Positions 29,245 to 39,639 are shown, counted from the stretch's first letter. The stretch is DNA of 64,000 nucleotides from an uncultured delta proteobacterium (GCA_963785725.1 CAWAWS010000015.1:1-64000); one strand, 5' to 3'. Program-made: numbers and translations. The notes: a model not told the origin generated them from the sequence alone.

Positions 29245-30165
29245 TCAGCCGCCGGCGGCCTCGCGGAACGCGGCGATCGTCTGATCTTCGTCGAACTTGT
29301 TGTTGAAGCCGGTGGCGGCGCGGAACGACGAGTCGTCGATGACCACCGGATACTTCAAGTGTGCGATCGCGCCCGGCTGTAGGTCGGGCAGCCCGAAGTG
29401 GCCGAACACGTGCTTCATGAGCAGCTCGGGCACGGGCACCGTCATGCGGCCCGCTTGGCGCGCGATCGACGCCAGCGGCATCGGCTGCGGCCCGGCCACG
29501 TTGTAGACGCCGCGCAGCTTCTTTTCGAGCGCGAGACAAATCGCGTCCGCCGCGTCCTCTTCGTGGATGAACTGGAACAGCGGATCGAAGCCGAGCACCG
29601 TCGAGACGCGCGGGCCCTTCAAGAACGTCGCCAGCGTGCCCGACATGCTGGGGCCGAGCGTGTACACCATGCGCAAGACGCAGGTGTCGAGCTGCGGAAA
29701 GCGCCACAGCGCCGAGCCCGCGTACAGATCGGCGGCGACCAAATCGGCCAGCTCGGGGAACGACGTCATCGCGAACGGCGGATCTTCTTCGGTGTGATAG
29801 AGCGCCGAGTCGGCCGCCGCGCCGTAGTAGGTGTGACGGCCGACGAAGATGCAGCGCGTGGCGCCGTAATGCGCGCAATGATCGAACACGGCGCGCGTGC
29901 CGAACAGGTTGATGCGAAAGCGGTCCTCGTTGCGCACCGTCAGATGCGTCACCGTCGCCATGTGGATGACCGCCTCCGGCCGCTCCTTGCGAAACACGTC
30001 CTCGGCGGCGCGCTTGCGAATGTCGATCTGGAAGATCTCGATGTCCTTCGGCGCGTCCGGCCACGGGCGGCGATCGATGCCCATCACTTGATGGCCGGCG
30101 TCGTGCAGCCGAAGGGCGACGTTGCGGGCGAGCCGCCCGGTAATGCCGGGAATGAGCACTTTCAT
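29245..30165 (-). CDS. NAD-dependent epimerase/dehydratase (extended SDR)
   Basis: [34 protein letters not shown] and GVYNVAG. Confidence 0.85.
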   Translation of the reverse strand: MKVLIPGITGRLARNVALRLHDAGHQVMGIDRRPWPDAPKDIEIFQIDIRKRAAEDVFRKERPEAVIHMATVTHLTVRNEDRFRINLFGTRAVFDHCAHYGATRCIFVGRHTYYGAAADSALYHTEEDPPFAMTSFPELADLVAADLYAGSALWRFPQLDTCVLRMVYTLGPSMSGTLATFLKGPRVSTVLGFDPLFQFIHEEDAADAICLALEKKLRGVYNVAGPQPMPLASIARQAGRMTVPVPELLMKHVFGHFGLPDLQPGAIAHLKYPVVIDDSSFRAATGFNNKFDEDQTIAAFREAAGG

Positions 30166-30962
30166 CGTAGGACTCTCTGCTCGCCCGTGCCGATGAGCTG
30201 GGCGATGCGCTGCTTGACCGATTCGACCTGCGCTTCGATGGCCGCATCTTCGTCCGTCGCCGAGCCGGTCATCACCATCGGCTCGCCGAACACGATCTTC
30301 AGCGGCACTTTCCGCGGAATCGGCAGCAGCCACGGCGTCACCGGAATGTAGGGCGCGCCGAACAGCTTGCCGAGCCGATAGAGGTTCATGAACGTCGGGA
30401 TCGCGTCGCCGCCGCCGATGAACGCGAACGGCACGATCGGCGTGTCCGTCGACAACGCCAGCCGCACGAAGCCGGAGCCGAAGTCGACGAGCGAGTTGCG
30501 CTCCCAGTACAGCTTGGCCGTGCCGCGCGCGCCTTCGGGGAAGACGAGCAGCATGCGATCGTCGTTCAAGAGGCGCGCCGCCTGCTCCGGCAAGCCCGTC
30601 AGCTGCCCGCAGCGACTGGCCCACTCGGCGACGAAGGGCAGCATGTTCATGAACTTCTCGGCCATGGCGTGCGCCAGCCGCGGCGGCTCGAGCTCGAGCA
30701 GCATCGCCGCCAGCACCATGGCGCCGTCGAGCGCTACGCCGCCCGAGTGGTTGCCGACGAGCATCACGCGGCCGCGCACCGGCACCTGCTCGATGTTCTC
30801 GACGCCGACGTGAAAGTAGTTCTTGTAGAACCAGGCGAGCAGCGACAGCCAGCGCACCAGATCCTTCTTCTGGATGCCGTACGGATCGCGCCCGTGCTTG
30901 TTGAAGGGCAGCTCCAGCCGGTCGACGCGCGCTTCGACATCGGGGTCGCGAAGGAAGGACAT
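30162..30962 (-). CDS. Lysophospholipid acyltransferase (PlsC/DAGAT-like)
   Basis: VGNHSGGVALD, LVFPEGARG and PIVPFA. Confidence 0.88.
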   Translation of the reverse strand: MSFLRDPDVEARVDRLELPFNKHGRDPYGIQKKDLVRWLSLLAWFYKNYFHVGVENIEQVPVRGRVMLVGNHSGGVALDGAMVLAAMLLELEPPRLAHAMAEKFMNMLPFVAEWASRCGQLTGLPEQAARLLNDDRMLLVFPEGARGTAKLYWERNSLVDFGSGFVRLALSTDTPIVPFAFIGGGDAIPTFMNLYRLGKLFGAPYIPVTPWLLPIPRKVPLKIVFGEPMVMTGSATDEDAAIEAQVESVKQRIAQLIGTGEQRVLR

Positions 30963-31028
30963 CGAACGCACACAGTATCATCGTCGCCGCCCGTCGTCGT
31001 GGCTGGTTCACTCGCGTTATGATGACGC

Positions 31029-32354
31029 GTGGCCATCGTCAGCCTGTCGCGCGCGCCGCTCCTCGGCAACTTGCTGGAGTTCCGCCGCGATCGCCTGGCG
31101 CTGTTCGCGCGGCTGCGGGCCGAGTGCGGCGACTTGGGCGCGTTTCACCTGGGGCCGCGCCGCCTCGTCGTCGTGTCCTCGCCGGAACTGGCGCACGAGG
31201 TCTTGGTCGCGCAAGCCGACGCCTTCGAGAAGGGCCCGACGTTGCGCCGGTTCGCGCGACCGCTGCTCGGCGATGGCCTGCTCTCCGTCGACAACGCGCG
31301 CCATCGGCGTAACCGTCGCCTGGTCGCGCCCGCCTTTACGCCGCGGTCGATCGCCCATCACGTCGCCATCATGCAGGAGGAGGCCGAGCGCACGGCGCAG
31401 CGCCTCATCGCCGCCGGCCGCGTCGACTTGGCCGACGAATGCATGCAGCTGACGCTGGCCATCATCGGCCGCAGCCTGTTCTCGTTCGATCTGTCGGCCG
31501 AAGCCGCCGCCGCCCGCGACGCGCTCGAAGCCGTGCAGCGCCACATCGACGGCATCCTGCGCGGCCTCTTTCCGCTGCCGACGTGGCTGCCGACGGCCGC
31601 CAATCGTCGCTTGCACGCGGCGCTGGCGCGGCTCGACGCGCTCATCGGCCGGCTCGTCGCCGAGCGCCGTCGCGGCGGCGCGCAAGCCGCGCCCGACGAC
31701 CTCTTGTCGGCGCTCGTCTTCAGCCGCGACGGCGACGGCGATTTTCTGAGCGATCGGCAGATTCGCGACGAGGCCATGACGCTCTTCGTCGCCGGCCACG
31801 AGACCACCGCCTTCGCGCTCGCCTGGACGTTTCACCTGCTGCTCGACCATCCCGACGTCGGCGCGCGGCTCGACGCGGAGCTGGCGCTGCTCGGCGGTCG
31901 CGCGCCCGGCTGGGACGATCTGCCGAAGCTGCCCTACACGCTGCAAGTGCTGTCCGAGGCGATGCGGCTCTATCCGCCCGGCCACACGCCCGGTCGCGTC
32001 GCCACGCGCGACGTCGTGCTCGCCGGCGAGCGGCTGCCCGCCGGCACGCTCGTGCTGGTGTCGATTTGGCTCCTGCATCGCCGTCCCGACTCGTGGCCCG
32101 AGCCCGAGCGCTTCGACCCCGATCGCTTCGTCGACGAGCGGGCGCTGCCGAAGCACGCCTATTTGCCGTTCTCGGCCGGACCGCGCAACTGCATCGGCGC
32201 GCGCATGGCGCTGGCGGAGATGCAGATCGTGCTGGCCGTGCTGCGCCAACGAACGCGGATCGCGCGCGCGACCACCGCCAGAATCGAGCCGGAAATGTTG
32301 GTGACGCTGCGACCGCGCGGCGGACTGCCCGTCGCCGTCCGTCCCGCTGTCTGA
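31029..32354 (+). CDS. Cytochrome P450
   Basis: AGHETT, EAMRLYPP, PERFDP and FSAGPRNCIG heme-thiolate motif. Confidence 0.95.
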   Translation: MAIVSLSRAPLLGNLLEFRRDRLALFARLRAECGDLGAFHLGPRRLVVVSSPELAHEVLVAQADAFEKGPTLRRFARPLLGDGLLSVDNARHRRNRRLVAPAFTPRSIAHHVAIMQEEAERTAQRLIAAGRVDLADECMQLTLAIIGRSLFSFDLSAEAAAARDALEAVQRHIDGILRGLFPLPTWLPTAANRRLHAALARLDALIGRLVAERRRGGAQAAPDDLLSALVFSRDGDGDFLSDRQIRDEAMTLFVAGHETTAFALAWTFHLLLDHPDVGARLDAELALLGGRAPGWDDLPKLPYTLQVLSEAMRLYPPGHTPGRVATRDVVLAGERLPAGTLVLVSIWLLHRRPDSWPEPERFDPDRFVDERALPKHAYLPFSAGPRNCIGARMALAEMQIVLAVLRQRTRIARATTARIEPEMLVTLRPRGGLPVAVRPAV

Positions 32355-32500
32355 ACTTTGGTCAGTGGCGAGCCTGGTGGCCGCTCGCGCGTAGCGGCGC
32401 CCACTTTCGTTACAAACTAATCCGCCGCCTGACCCTGATTCTTCGCGGGTGTGTAGTCGCGCACAGTTCTTGAATGACGTGATGCGTCAGGAGCGTGACG

Positions 32501-33250
32501 ATGCATAAGATCCACAAACATGAGCTCGAAGTCAGCGGCGTTCGAGTGGTATTCGCGCTTACGGTCCTTGCGCTGTGGAGCGCGGGCAGCGTCGCGCTGG
32601 CCCGGCTCGGTCAGCCGCTGTTGGCCATCCTCGCCGGACCGCTGTACACGATCCCGCTCATCTCGCTCGGCGAGTGGCTGGTGCACGGCGTGCTCTATCA
32701 CGGCCGCACGCCGGGCCTGAAATTCATCCGCGACATTCACCACGCCGGGCATCACTTCGCGCTCTTTCCGCCCGATCGCTACGTGCAGCACGGGCCGTTC
32801 GAGTTCATGCGCTTCCGCAAGCCGCTCGTGCCGTTCCAGATGAGCGACAACGCCGTCGACAACACGCTGACGTCGTGGTCGCAGACGGCGCTGCACTTCG
32901 TCGTCGGCATTCCGCTCATCCTCGTGCCGGCGTGGCTGGCGTCGCGCTCCGAGCCGTTCTTCTATTCGACGCTGGCGACGCTGGCGATCGTCTCGTGGCT
33001 GCTGTCGTACGTGCACGGCTGCATTCACACGCCGCGCGATCGTCTCATCGAGCGCATGGGCTGGTTCCAGTGGCTCGATCGGCATCACTACATTCACCAC
33101 GTCGATCTGTCGGCCAACATCAACTTCCTGTTGCCGATCTGCGACCTCCTGTTCGGCACGCAGAAGTGGGCGCTCACCGACGAAGAGCAGCGCCACAACC
33201 CGCACTTCGACGAAGCCAAGCCGTCGGCGGTGGCGCAGGTCCTGGCTTGA
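32501..33250 (+). CDS. Fatty acid hydroxylase / sterol desaturase superfamily membrane protein
   Basis: EWLVHGVLYH, HHAGHH, YVHGCIH and HHYIHH His boxes. DLLFGT. Confidence 0.8.
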   Translation: MHKIHKHELEVSGVRVVFALTVLALWSAGSVALARLGQPLLAILAGPLYTIPLISLGEWLVHGVLYHGRTPGLKFIRDIHHAGHHFALFPPDRYVQHGPFEFMRFRKPLVPFQMSDNAVDNTLTSWSQTALHFVVGIPLILVPAWLASRSEPFFYSTLATLAIVSWLLSYVHGCIHTPRDRLIERMGWFQWLDRHHYIHHVDLSANINFLLPICDLLFGTQKWALTDEEQRHNPHFDEAKPSAVAQVLA

Positions 33251-34110
33251 TTCAGCGTCCGCCGGCCGCGCCGCGCTCGCTCATCGCCGGCGCCAACGCG
33301 CTCATGCGCATGAAGGAATCGGCGCGCGCACAGTCGGGCGACGCGATCCTCGACGATCCGTTCGCCGGCGAGCTGGCCGAGGATCATTGGGTCGTCTCGG
33401 CGCTGCGTTACGGGCGCTTTGCGTTGCCGCTTTTGTATCGCGCCATCGACGAGCTGCAGACGGCGCATTGCGTGCGGCATCGCGCCCTCGACGAGCTCAT
33501 GTTGGCGGCGCTCGGCGACGGCTTTGCCCAGGTCGTCATCGTCGGCGCCGGCTACGACATGCGCGCCGCGCGCTTCGCCGCGCCGCTGCGCCGAGCGGGC
33601 GCGCGCGTCTTCGAGCTCGACCTGCCGGCGACGCAGCGACGGAAACGGACGAAGCTGGCCGCGCGCGAAGGAGTCGACGCCGACGTCGAATACGCGACCG
33701 TCGACCTCATGACGCAGACGATCGCCGACGCGATGTCGCCGACGACCTTCGCCGCGACCTCGCCGGCGCTCTACGTGCTCGAAGGGCTGATTCATTACTT
33801 GCCCGCAGCGCGGGTGCGCGAGTTGTGGGCCGAGCTGGCGACGGGCTCGGCGCCGCGGCGCGTGCTCGCCAGCTTCATCCGGCCGGACGAGGTGGCGCGC
33901 GCCGGCGGCCACCTGCGCGCGATGGTCGGCGCCGTCGGTGAAGTGCCGCGCCTGACGTTCACGCCCGAGCGGCTCGCCGCCGACGTGCGCGCCGCCGGCT
34001 TCGCGGGCTTCGCCAGCTGGACGTTCGCCGAGCAAGTGGCGGCGTTCGCGCCGATGGCGCGCGGCCGGCGCGTGGGCGCGACCCAAGACGTGGCGCGATT
34101 CGACCGTTGA
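33247..34110 (+). CDS. SAM-dependent methyltransferase (LCM / O-methyltransferase family)
   Basis: DPFA, QVVIVGAGYDMRAAR, VFELDLP and EGLIHYL. TTG start overlaps the upstream TGA. Confidence 0.85.
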   Translation: MIQRPPAAPRSLIAGANALMRMKESARAQSGDAILDDPFAGELAEDHWVVSALRYGRFALPLLYRAIDELQTAHCVRHRALDELMLAALGDGFAQVVIVGAGYDMRAARFAAPLRRAGARVFELDLPATQRRKRTKLAAREGVDADVEYATVDLMTQTIADAMSPTTFAATSPALYVLEGLIHYLPAARVRELWAELATGSAPRRVLASFIRPDEVARAGGHLRAMVGAVGEVPRLTFTPERLAADVRAAGFAGFASWTFAEQVAAFAPMARGRRVGATQDVARFDR

Positions 34111-34112
34111 GA

Positions 34113-35624
34113 CTACGGCGTCGCGCGCAGCTTCTTGCGCACGAGCGGAAAGAGCCAACGCAGACCGCGCGGCAGCACCTGTCGCAGCGCCGCGTCGGAC
34201 TCGGCGTCGCGCAGCTCGTACTGGTGCGCTTTGCCGACGAAGAACTGCGCCAGCCGTCGCTGCGCGGGCGACAGGCCGGGCAAGGTCAACGCGCGCGTGA
34301 GCTTGGCGAGGCCGCCATCCATCGACTGCGCGAGCACGATCGCGCTCCAAATCTCCAGCGCGCCCATCATGACGAGGCCGAGCGGCTGCTCGGGATCGAT
34401 CGCCAGGGCGCGCTCGGCCGCCGCCGTCGCCAGCTTGATGTACTCGGTGGCGTCGACGACGGGCTGGATGCGCGCCGAGCCGGCGAAGAGCAGCTCGGCC
34501 AAGAGCGCCGCCGCCGCCGCGTCGTCGGGCTGCGCGGCGAGCCAGGCTTCGACGAGCGCATGCGCGAGCGGCAGCCGCGTCTTGGCCAATTGGCGCGCGC
34601 GTCTGGCCAATTGGCGCGCGCGATCGGCTGCGCGCGTCGCGTCGAGCCGCGCCAGCTCGGCGGCGACCTCGCCGGCGGGCGCGCGCGTCACCACCGACGG
34701 CTTCAATTCCCACCAGCCGCGCCCGCGCCGCTCGGGATGCACGCTGTTGTAAGCGCGCAAGATGGCGAACCGCTGCGACACGGTGTTTTGCTGGAGATCG
34801 GGATGCGTCGCGTACACCTGCAGCCGCGCGTCGACGGCTGGGACCAGCTCCGGCAACGGCGTGCCGCGTGCGACCTCGGCGCGTACGGCGGCAAACAGGT
34901 CGGTGTAGAGCGCGACCAACAGCTCGATGCGGCGGTTGACGCGCTCTTTGCCGATGAGCGCGGTGCCGTGGCCGGCGAGCACGAATTCGGCGTCGAGCGC
35001 CTGCATCTGCCGCAAGAAGCCGATCCATTGGCCGTCGTCGCGCAGGCCCTCGTCGAGAAAAGGCACGCCCAAGTAAGGATAAGAGACGGTGGCGATGCCG
35101 TCGCCGCAGCACAAGACGTCGCGGCGCGGCCAGTGAACGACGCAGGCGTCGGGCGTCTCGACCCGGCCGGCCTGAAAGATGCGCAGCCGTTCGCCGCCGA
35201 CGTCGAGGATGAGCTCGCCCGTGAAGGTGCGCGTCGGTGGCGCGACCGCGGGCACGTCCTGAAAGATGAGACCGAAGGTGCGCGCGTAGTCGAGCCGCTC
35301 GTCGTCGCGCTCGTCGACGAAGGCGGCGGTGGCGGCGGTGGCGATGATCTCGGCGTCGGCGAAGGCGCTGTTTCCGCCCGCGTGATCGCCGTGATAGTGC
35401 GTGTTGACGACGTGCGTGATCGGCTTGTCGGTGACGCGCGCGATCGCCTCGCGCAGCCGCTGTCCGGCGCGCGGCGTAATCTGCGTGTCGACGACGACGA
35501 CGCAATCGGACAGCACCAGCACCGCCGAGTTGCTGAAGAAGCCGCGATACAAGTAGACGTCGTCGGTGACGCGATAGAGCTCGAGGTCGCCCGATTGTCT
35601 GCCGGTGGGTGCGATGCGCGCCAT
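34113..35624 (-). CDS. MBL-fold metallo-hydrolase with TPR-like C-terminus
   Basis: VVVDT, NTHYHGDHAGGN, GD and AGHG motifs, then a helical Ala/Leu-rich tail. Confidence 0.8.
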   Translation of the reverse strand: MARIAPTGRQSGDLELYRVTDDVYLYRGFFSNSAVLVLSDCVVVVDTQITPRAGQRLREAIARVTDKPITHVVNTHYHGDHAGGNSAFADAEIIATAATAAFVDERDDERLDYARTFGLIFQDVPAVAPPTRTFTGELILDVGGERLRIFQAGRVETPDACVVHWPRRDVLCCGDGIATVSYPYLGVPFLDEGLRDDGQWIGFLRQMQALDAEFVLAGHGTALIGKERVNRRIELLVALYTDLFAAVRAEVARGTPLPELVPAVDARLQVYATHPDLQQNTVSQRFAILRAYNSVHPERRGRGWWELKPSVVTRAPAGEVAAELARLDATRAADRARQLARRARQLAKTRLPLAHALVEAWLAAQPDDAAAAALLAELLFAGSARIQPVVDATEYIKLATAAAERALAIDPEQPLGLVMMGALEIWSAIVLAQSMDGGLAKLTRALTLPGLSPAQRRLAQFFVGKAHQYELRDAESDAALRQVLPRGLRWLFPLVRKKLRATP

Positions 35625-35639
35625 GCGGGGCTAGCTTAG

Positions 35640-36815
35640 ATGACGTTGGCCGGCGTCGTCGTGCGCAATGCGCTGGCGGCGCGCGCGCGCGTGGCCTTGA
35701 CGATCGTCGGCGTCGCCATCGCCGCCGCCACGTTCGGCTTCTTGCGCACCGCCATCGACGCCTACTACGCCGGCGTCGACGCGGCGGCGCGCGATCGCTT
35801 GGTCGTGCGCCATGCGTCGTCGATGCGCCTGCGCTTGCCGATGGCCTACGGCGCGCGCGTCGCCGCCGTGCCGGGGGTTGCGCGCGTCGCCGCCGTCGAC
35901 TTCTTCGGCGGCATCTACAAAGAGCCCAAATATTACTTCGCCAACCTCGCCGTCGAGGACGCGTTTCTCGACATCTATCGCGAATATGAAGTGGCGCCGG
36001 CCGAGCGCGCGGCCTACCTCGCCGATCCGTCGGGCTGCGTCGCGGGCGAGAAGCTGGCGCGCATGTTCGGCTGGCACGTCGGCGATCGCATCATCCTCAA
36101 AGGCACCTATTTCGCCGGCGATTGGCCGCTGACCATCCGCGCCATCTACCATCCGCGCGATGCGGCGACGATGGCGACGCAGCTGTTCTTCCACCATCGC
36201 TATCTCGACGACAACTTGCCCGACGACGAGCGCCATCGAGCGGGCGCGTTCGTCGTCACCGTCGCCGATGACGCCAGTGGCGCCGATGGTGATCGCTCGC
36301 CGGCGGTCGCGCAGGCCGTCGACGACGCGCTCGCCGGCAGCGACGCGCCGACCTTGACCGAGAGCGAGCGCAGCTTCCAGCTCCTGTTCATCGGCATGGC
36401 CGGCCAGGTCTTGACCGTCTTGCGCGTCGTCGCCGGCTTCATGCTCGTGCTGCTCGGCCTGGCGCTGGCGAACGCGATGGCCACCGCCGTCCGCGAGCGC
36501 ACCGGCGAGCTCGCCGTCATGAAGGCGCTCGGCTTCCGCGGTCGCCGCTTGGCCGCGATGATCGCCGCCGAAGGCGCGCTCATCGGCTGGGCGGGCGGCC
36601 TCGTCGGTCTCGGCCTGTGCGCCGCGTGGGTGCGCGCCTTCGCGTCCTTCATGGACCACAACCTGGGCGCGTTCTTCCCCATCTTCGCGCTGCGCGGCGC
36701 GACGATGGCCGCGATCGTCGGCGGCGCCGTCGTCATCGGCGCGCTGGCGGCCGGCTGGCCCGCCTGGCGCGCCGCCCGCATCGCCGTCGCCGATGCGCTG
36801 AGGCGCGTCGGATGA
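35640..36815 (+). CDS. ABC transporter permease (MacB/FtsX family)
   Basis: TM1, periplasmic domain, AVRERTGELAVMKALGF and PAWRAARI. Confidence 0.88.
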   Translation: MTLAGVVVRNALAARARVALTIVGVAIAAATFGFLRTAIDAYYAGVDAAARDRLVVRHASSMRLRLPMAYGARVAAVPGVARVAAVDFFGGIYKEPKYYFANLAVEDAFLDIYREYEVAPAERAAYLADPSGCVAGEKLARMFGWHVGDRIILKGTYFAGDWPLTIRAIYHPRDAATMATQLFFHHRYLDDNLPDDERHRAGAFVVTVADDASGADGDRSPAVAQAVDDALAGSDAPTLTESERSFQLLFIGMAGQVLTVLRVVAGFMLVLLGLALANAMATAVRERTGELAVMKALGFRGRRLAAMIAAEGALIGWAGGLVGLGLCAAWVRAFASFMDHNLGAFFPIFALRGATMAAIVGGAVVIGALAAGWPAWRAARIAVADALRRVG

Positions 36816-37949
36816 GGCTGTTCGCCTACCACGCGCGCAGCTTGTGGCAACGCCGCGCGACGACCGCGGCCACCGTCGCCGGCGTCGCGCTCGTGTCGTT
36901 CGTGCTGGCGACGGTTCTCATGCTCGCCGCCGGCATCGAGCGCACGCTCGGCAGCTCGGGCGAGCCCGACAACGTCGTCGCCTTGCGCCGCGGCGCCGTC
37001 GCCGAAATGCAGAGCCTCATCGCGCGCGACGCCATGGCCGCCTTGACCGTCGACGCCGCCGTCACCCGCGACGCGCGCGGCCCGATCGTCAGCGCCGAAT
37101 CGGTCGTGCTCGTCGTGCTCGGGCGCTCGAGCATCACCGTGCGCGGCGTCGGCGCGCGCGCCTTCGACGTGCACCGCCGCGCCCACGTCGTCGCCGGCCG
37201 CGCAATCGCGCCCGGGCGCGCCGAGATCCTCCTCGGCGCGACGCTGGCCGGCCGCTTCGACGGCGCCCACCTCGGCGGCCGCGTGCGCTTGGGTAAACAG
37301 CTGTTTACGATCGTCGGCATCCTCGGTGCCGGCGGCGCGTCCTTCGAATCCGAAGTGTGGGGCGCGGCCGACGAGCTCATGCCCGCCTTTTCGCGCACCG
37401 CCTATTCGTCGCTCGTCGCCCGCGTCGCGCCCGCCGATGCAGGCTTCTTTTGCCGCGCGCGCCGCCGCCGATGTGCGCACCGCCGTCGATGTCAGCGACG
37501 AAGTCGAGTACTACGCGCAGCAATCGCGCGGCCTCGCCACCTACGTGCGCATCCTCGGCCTCTTCTTGGCGATGGTGTTCGCCTGCGGCGCGCTCGCCGG
37601 CGCCATGATGACGCTGTGGGGCCAAGTCGCCGCGCGCCGTCGCGAGATCGGCGTCCTACGCGCGCTCGGCTTTCGTCGCCGCGCGATCTTGGCCGGCTTC
37701 GTCGCCGAAGGGCTCATGCTCGCGCTCGCCGGCGGCGCCATCGGCCTCGGCTGCGCGTCGCTCATGCAGCTGGCCAGCTTCAGCGTCTTCAACTTGGGCA
37801 CGCTGTCGGCGATGGTCTTTCACTTCCGCCTCGGCCTCGTCATCGCCACGACGACGCTCGCTTTCGCCGCCGCCATCGGCAGCGTGGGCGCGCTGTGGCC
37901 GGCCACGAACGCCGCGCGCCGCTCCATCGTCGAATCCTTGCGCGGCTAA
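36812..37949 (+). CDS. ABC transporter permease (MacB/FtsX family; frameshift ~37450)
   Basis: ATGA overlap. FESEVW and VAARRREIGVLRALGF. Confidence 0.82.
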
Positions 37950-37971
37950 ATGCGGTGCCGCGCGCGCAGCT

Positions 37972-39529
37972 TCAGGGGCAGCCGGTCTGCTGCTTCTTGT
38001 CCCAGCCTGGCGGCACGTTGAACGAGACCGAGCCCTTGCTCCAGCGGTCGAAGTTGGAGTCGGGCGTCGCGAAGACCCCGTCGTGACCCAGCTGGCCGCC
38101 GATCAGATGGTTGATCGGCTGCGCCGTCGAATGGCCCGGCGTCGTGTCGTTGTAGTCGCGGAAGTAGTTCTGCATCGTGTTGGCGACGGTCTGGCGGTCG
38201 CCGCTGCTGTCGCGCCCGGGATCGGTCGCGTTGAGCGTCTTGCCCATGCTGTTGAGCACGTTCTGAACGTCGCCGTCGTGATTGTTCATGCTCGTCTGAA
38301 TCGCGTCCGGCGTCGGATTGGGCGTGTCCTTGATGCCGGGATCGTTCTTCATCGCGTTGCCGAGATCCTGCAGCCGCTTCGAGGTCTCCGAATACGAGTT
38401 GGCGTGCTGCTGATCCTGCAAGTGATACGGGTTTTGCATCTCGATCGGGTGCGGCACCGACGTCGGATCGTTGGGCGGATTGGCGGCCGCGAAGCCCGGC
38501 GTCACGCCGTAAACACCCGAGCCGATGCCGTGGCTGGTGATGTCGATCTTGCCGCCCGGCCGCGAATATTCCGAGCCGCGCCCGTTCAGTCCCGGCGGCG
38601 CGTAGTGCGTGATGGTCGCCTTGCCCGTCGAGATCGGCTTGGTCTCGCCCGCATCGCCAGCCTTGTGTGGCTTCTGATTGGGATAGACGGTCGAAGGATA
38701 GGGACCGCCGTAAGGTGCGTCGCCGAACTCCTTGGTGACGGTGACCGAGATCTTGTTGCCGTCGACGCTGTTGACGGTGCCTTCGTAGACCTCGCCGTCT
38801 TCGTCGGTCCACTCGATTCTGGTCGCCCTTGACGAACGCGTTGTGTACCCACGCGCCGAGCGTGCCGACGAAGTAGGAGTGCGTGCCCTCGACCTCGAAG
38901 TTGTAGACCTCGGCGCGGGCCTCCACCGCTTGCACGGCGCCGACGCGCAGCTCGTCACCGTCGGCGTCGAGCAGCGGCTCGTCGGGCGCGAGCGCGTCGG
39001 CGCGCGTCCAGGCGCGATCGGCGGTCCAATAGAGGTGACCCGGCGTCGAGCGAACGACGTCGGCGCTGCCGTCGCTGCGCACGACGCTGACGGCGACGAG
39101 CGGCATGTCCGGCGTCACGAACAGCGCCGTCACCGGCGCGAGCGCCACGCGGCCCGTCTGCTCGTTACGCGAGAGCACGCGGTCGCCGCGCCGCACCTGC
39201 TCGATGGGCTCGGGACCGGATTCGGTCCACACCAGCGTGCCGGCGACGAAGCAGTGCTGGCCCGGAATCATGCACGAGCCGCCGGGGCAGCTGTCGCCGC
39301 TCGGCGTCCCATCGTTGGACGCCACTTGCGTGTCGGCGCACTCGGCGGGCGGGTCGCTGCCGTCGAGCTTGGCGCTGGCGACGGCCATCTTGCACTTCAC
39401 CTTCGTGCCGAACGCCTTGAAGCCGATGATGCAGGAGATGCCGACGAGCACGAGCGCCGTGATGTACTCGACGGCCGCGCTGCCGGAGCGGTGCGACCTG
39501 CGAACGGACCCGTGCCAGACGACAGTCAT
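37972..39529 (-). CDS. Flp pilin - Hint - putative toxin fusion (one extra A at ~38818)
   Basis: G|SAAVEY plus hydrophobic helix. Hint runs from CFVAGT to VHN. Removing one A joins KGDQ to IEWTDEDG and gives an open frame to the stop at 37972. Confidence 0.8.
38840..39253 (-). other. Pretoxin-type Hint (bacterial intein-like) domain, 138 aa
   Basis: C1 CFVAGTLV, block B STPGH, VYNFEVEGTHSYFVG, terminal HN, +1 residue Ala. Confidence 0.9.
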
Positions 39530-39544
39530 GTCGGACCCTGCCTG

Positions 39545-39561
39545 AGCAAGCGACATGCCGT
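39545..39561 (-). promoter_or_regulatory. Sigma54 promoter ACGGCATGTCGCTTGCT
   Basis: GG-N10-GC with TTGC. IHF-like TTTCAAGCAATTA at 39574-39586 and inverted repeat TGAGGC-N5-GCCTCA at 39599-39615 further upstream. Confidence 0.65.
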
Positions 39562-39639
39562 CTTCGTGAGCTGTAATTGCTTGAAAGAATGAGCGGTATG
39601 AGGCGGCTGGCCTCACCGGCGGCGGGCGTTTCCCCAGTC

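Noticed and set aside
38840..39253. Selfish protein-splicing intein
   Set aside because: No homing endonuclease, the +1 residue is Ala rather than Cys/Ser/Thr, and the host is not a conserved enzyme. It fits a pretoxin Hint domain.
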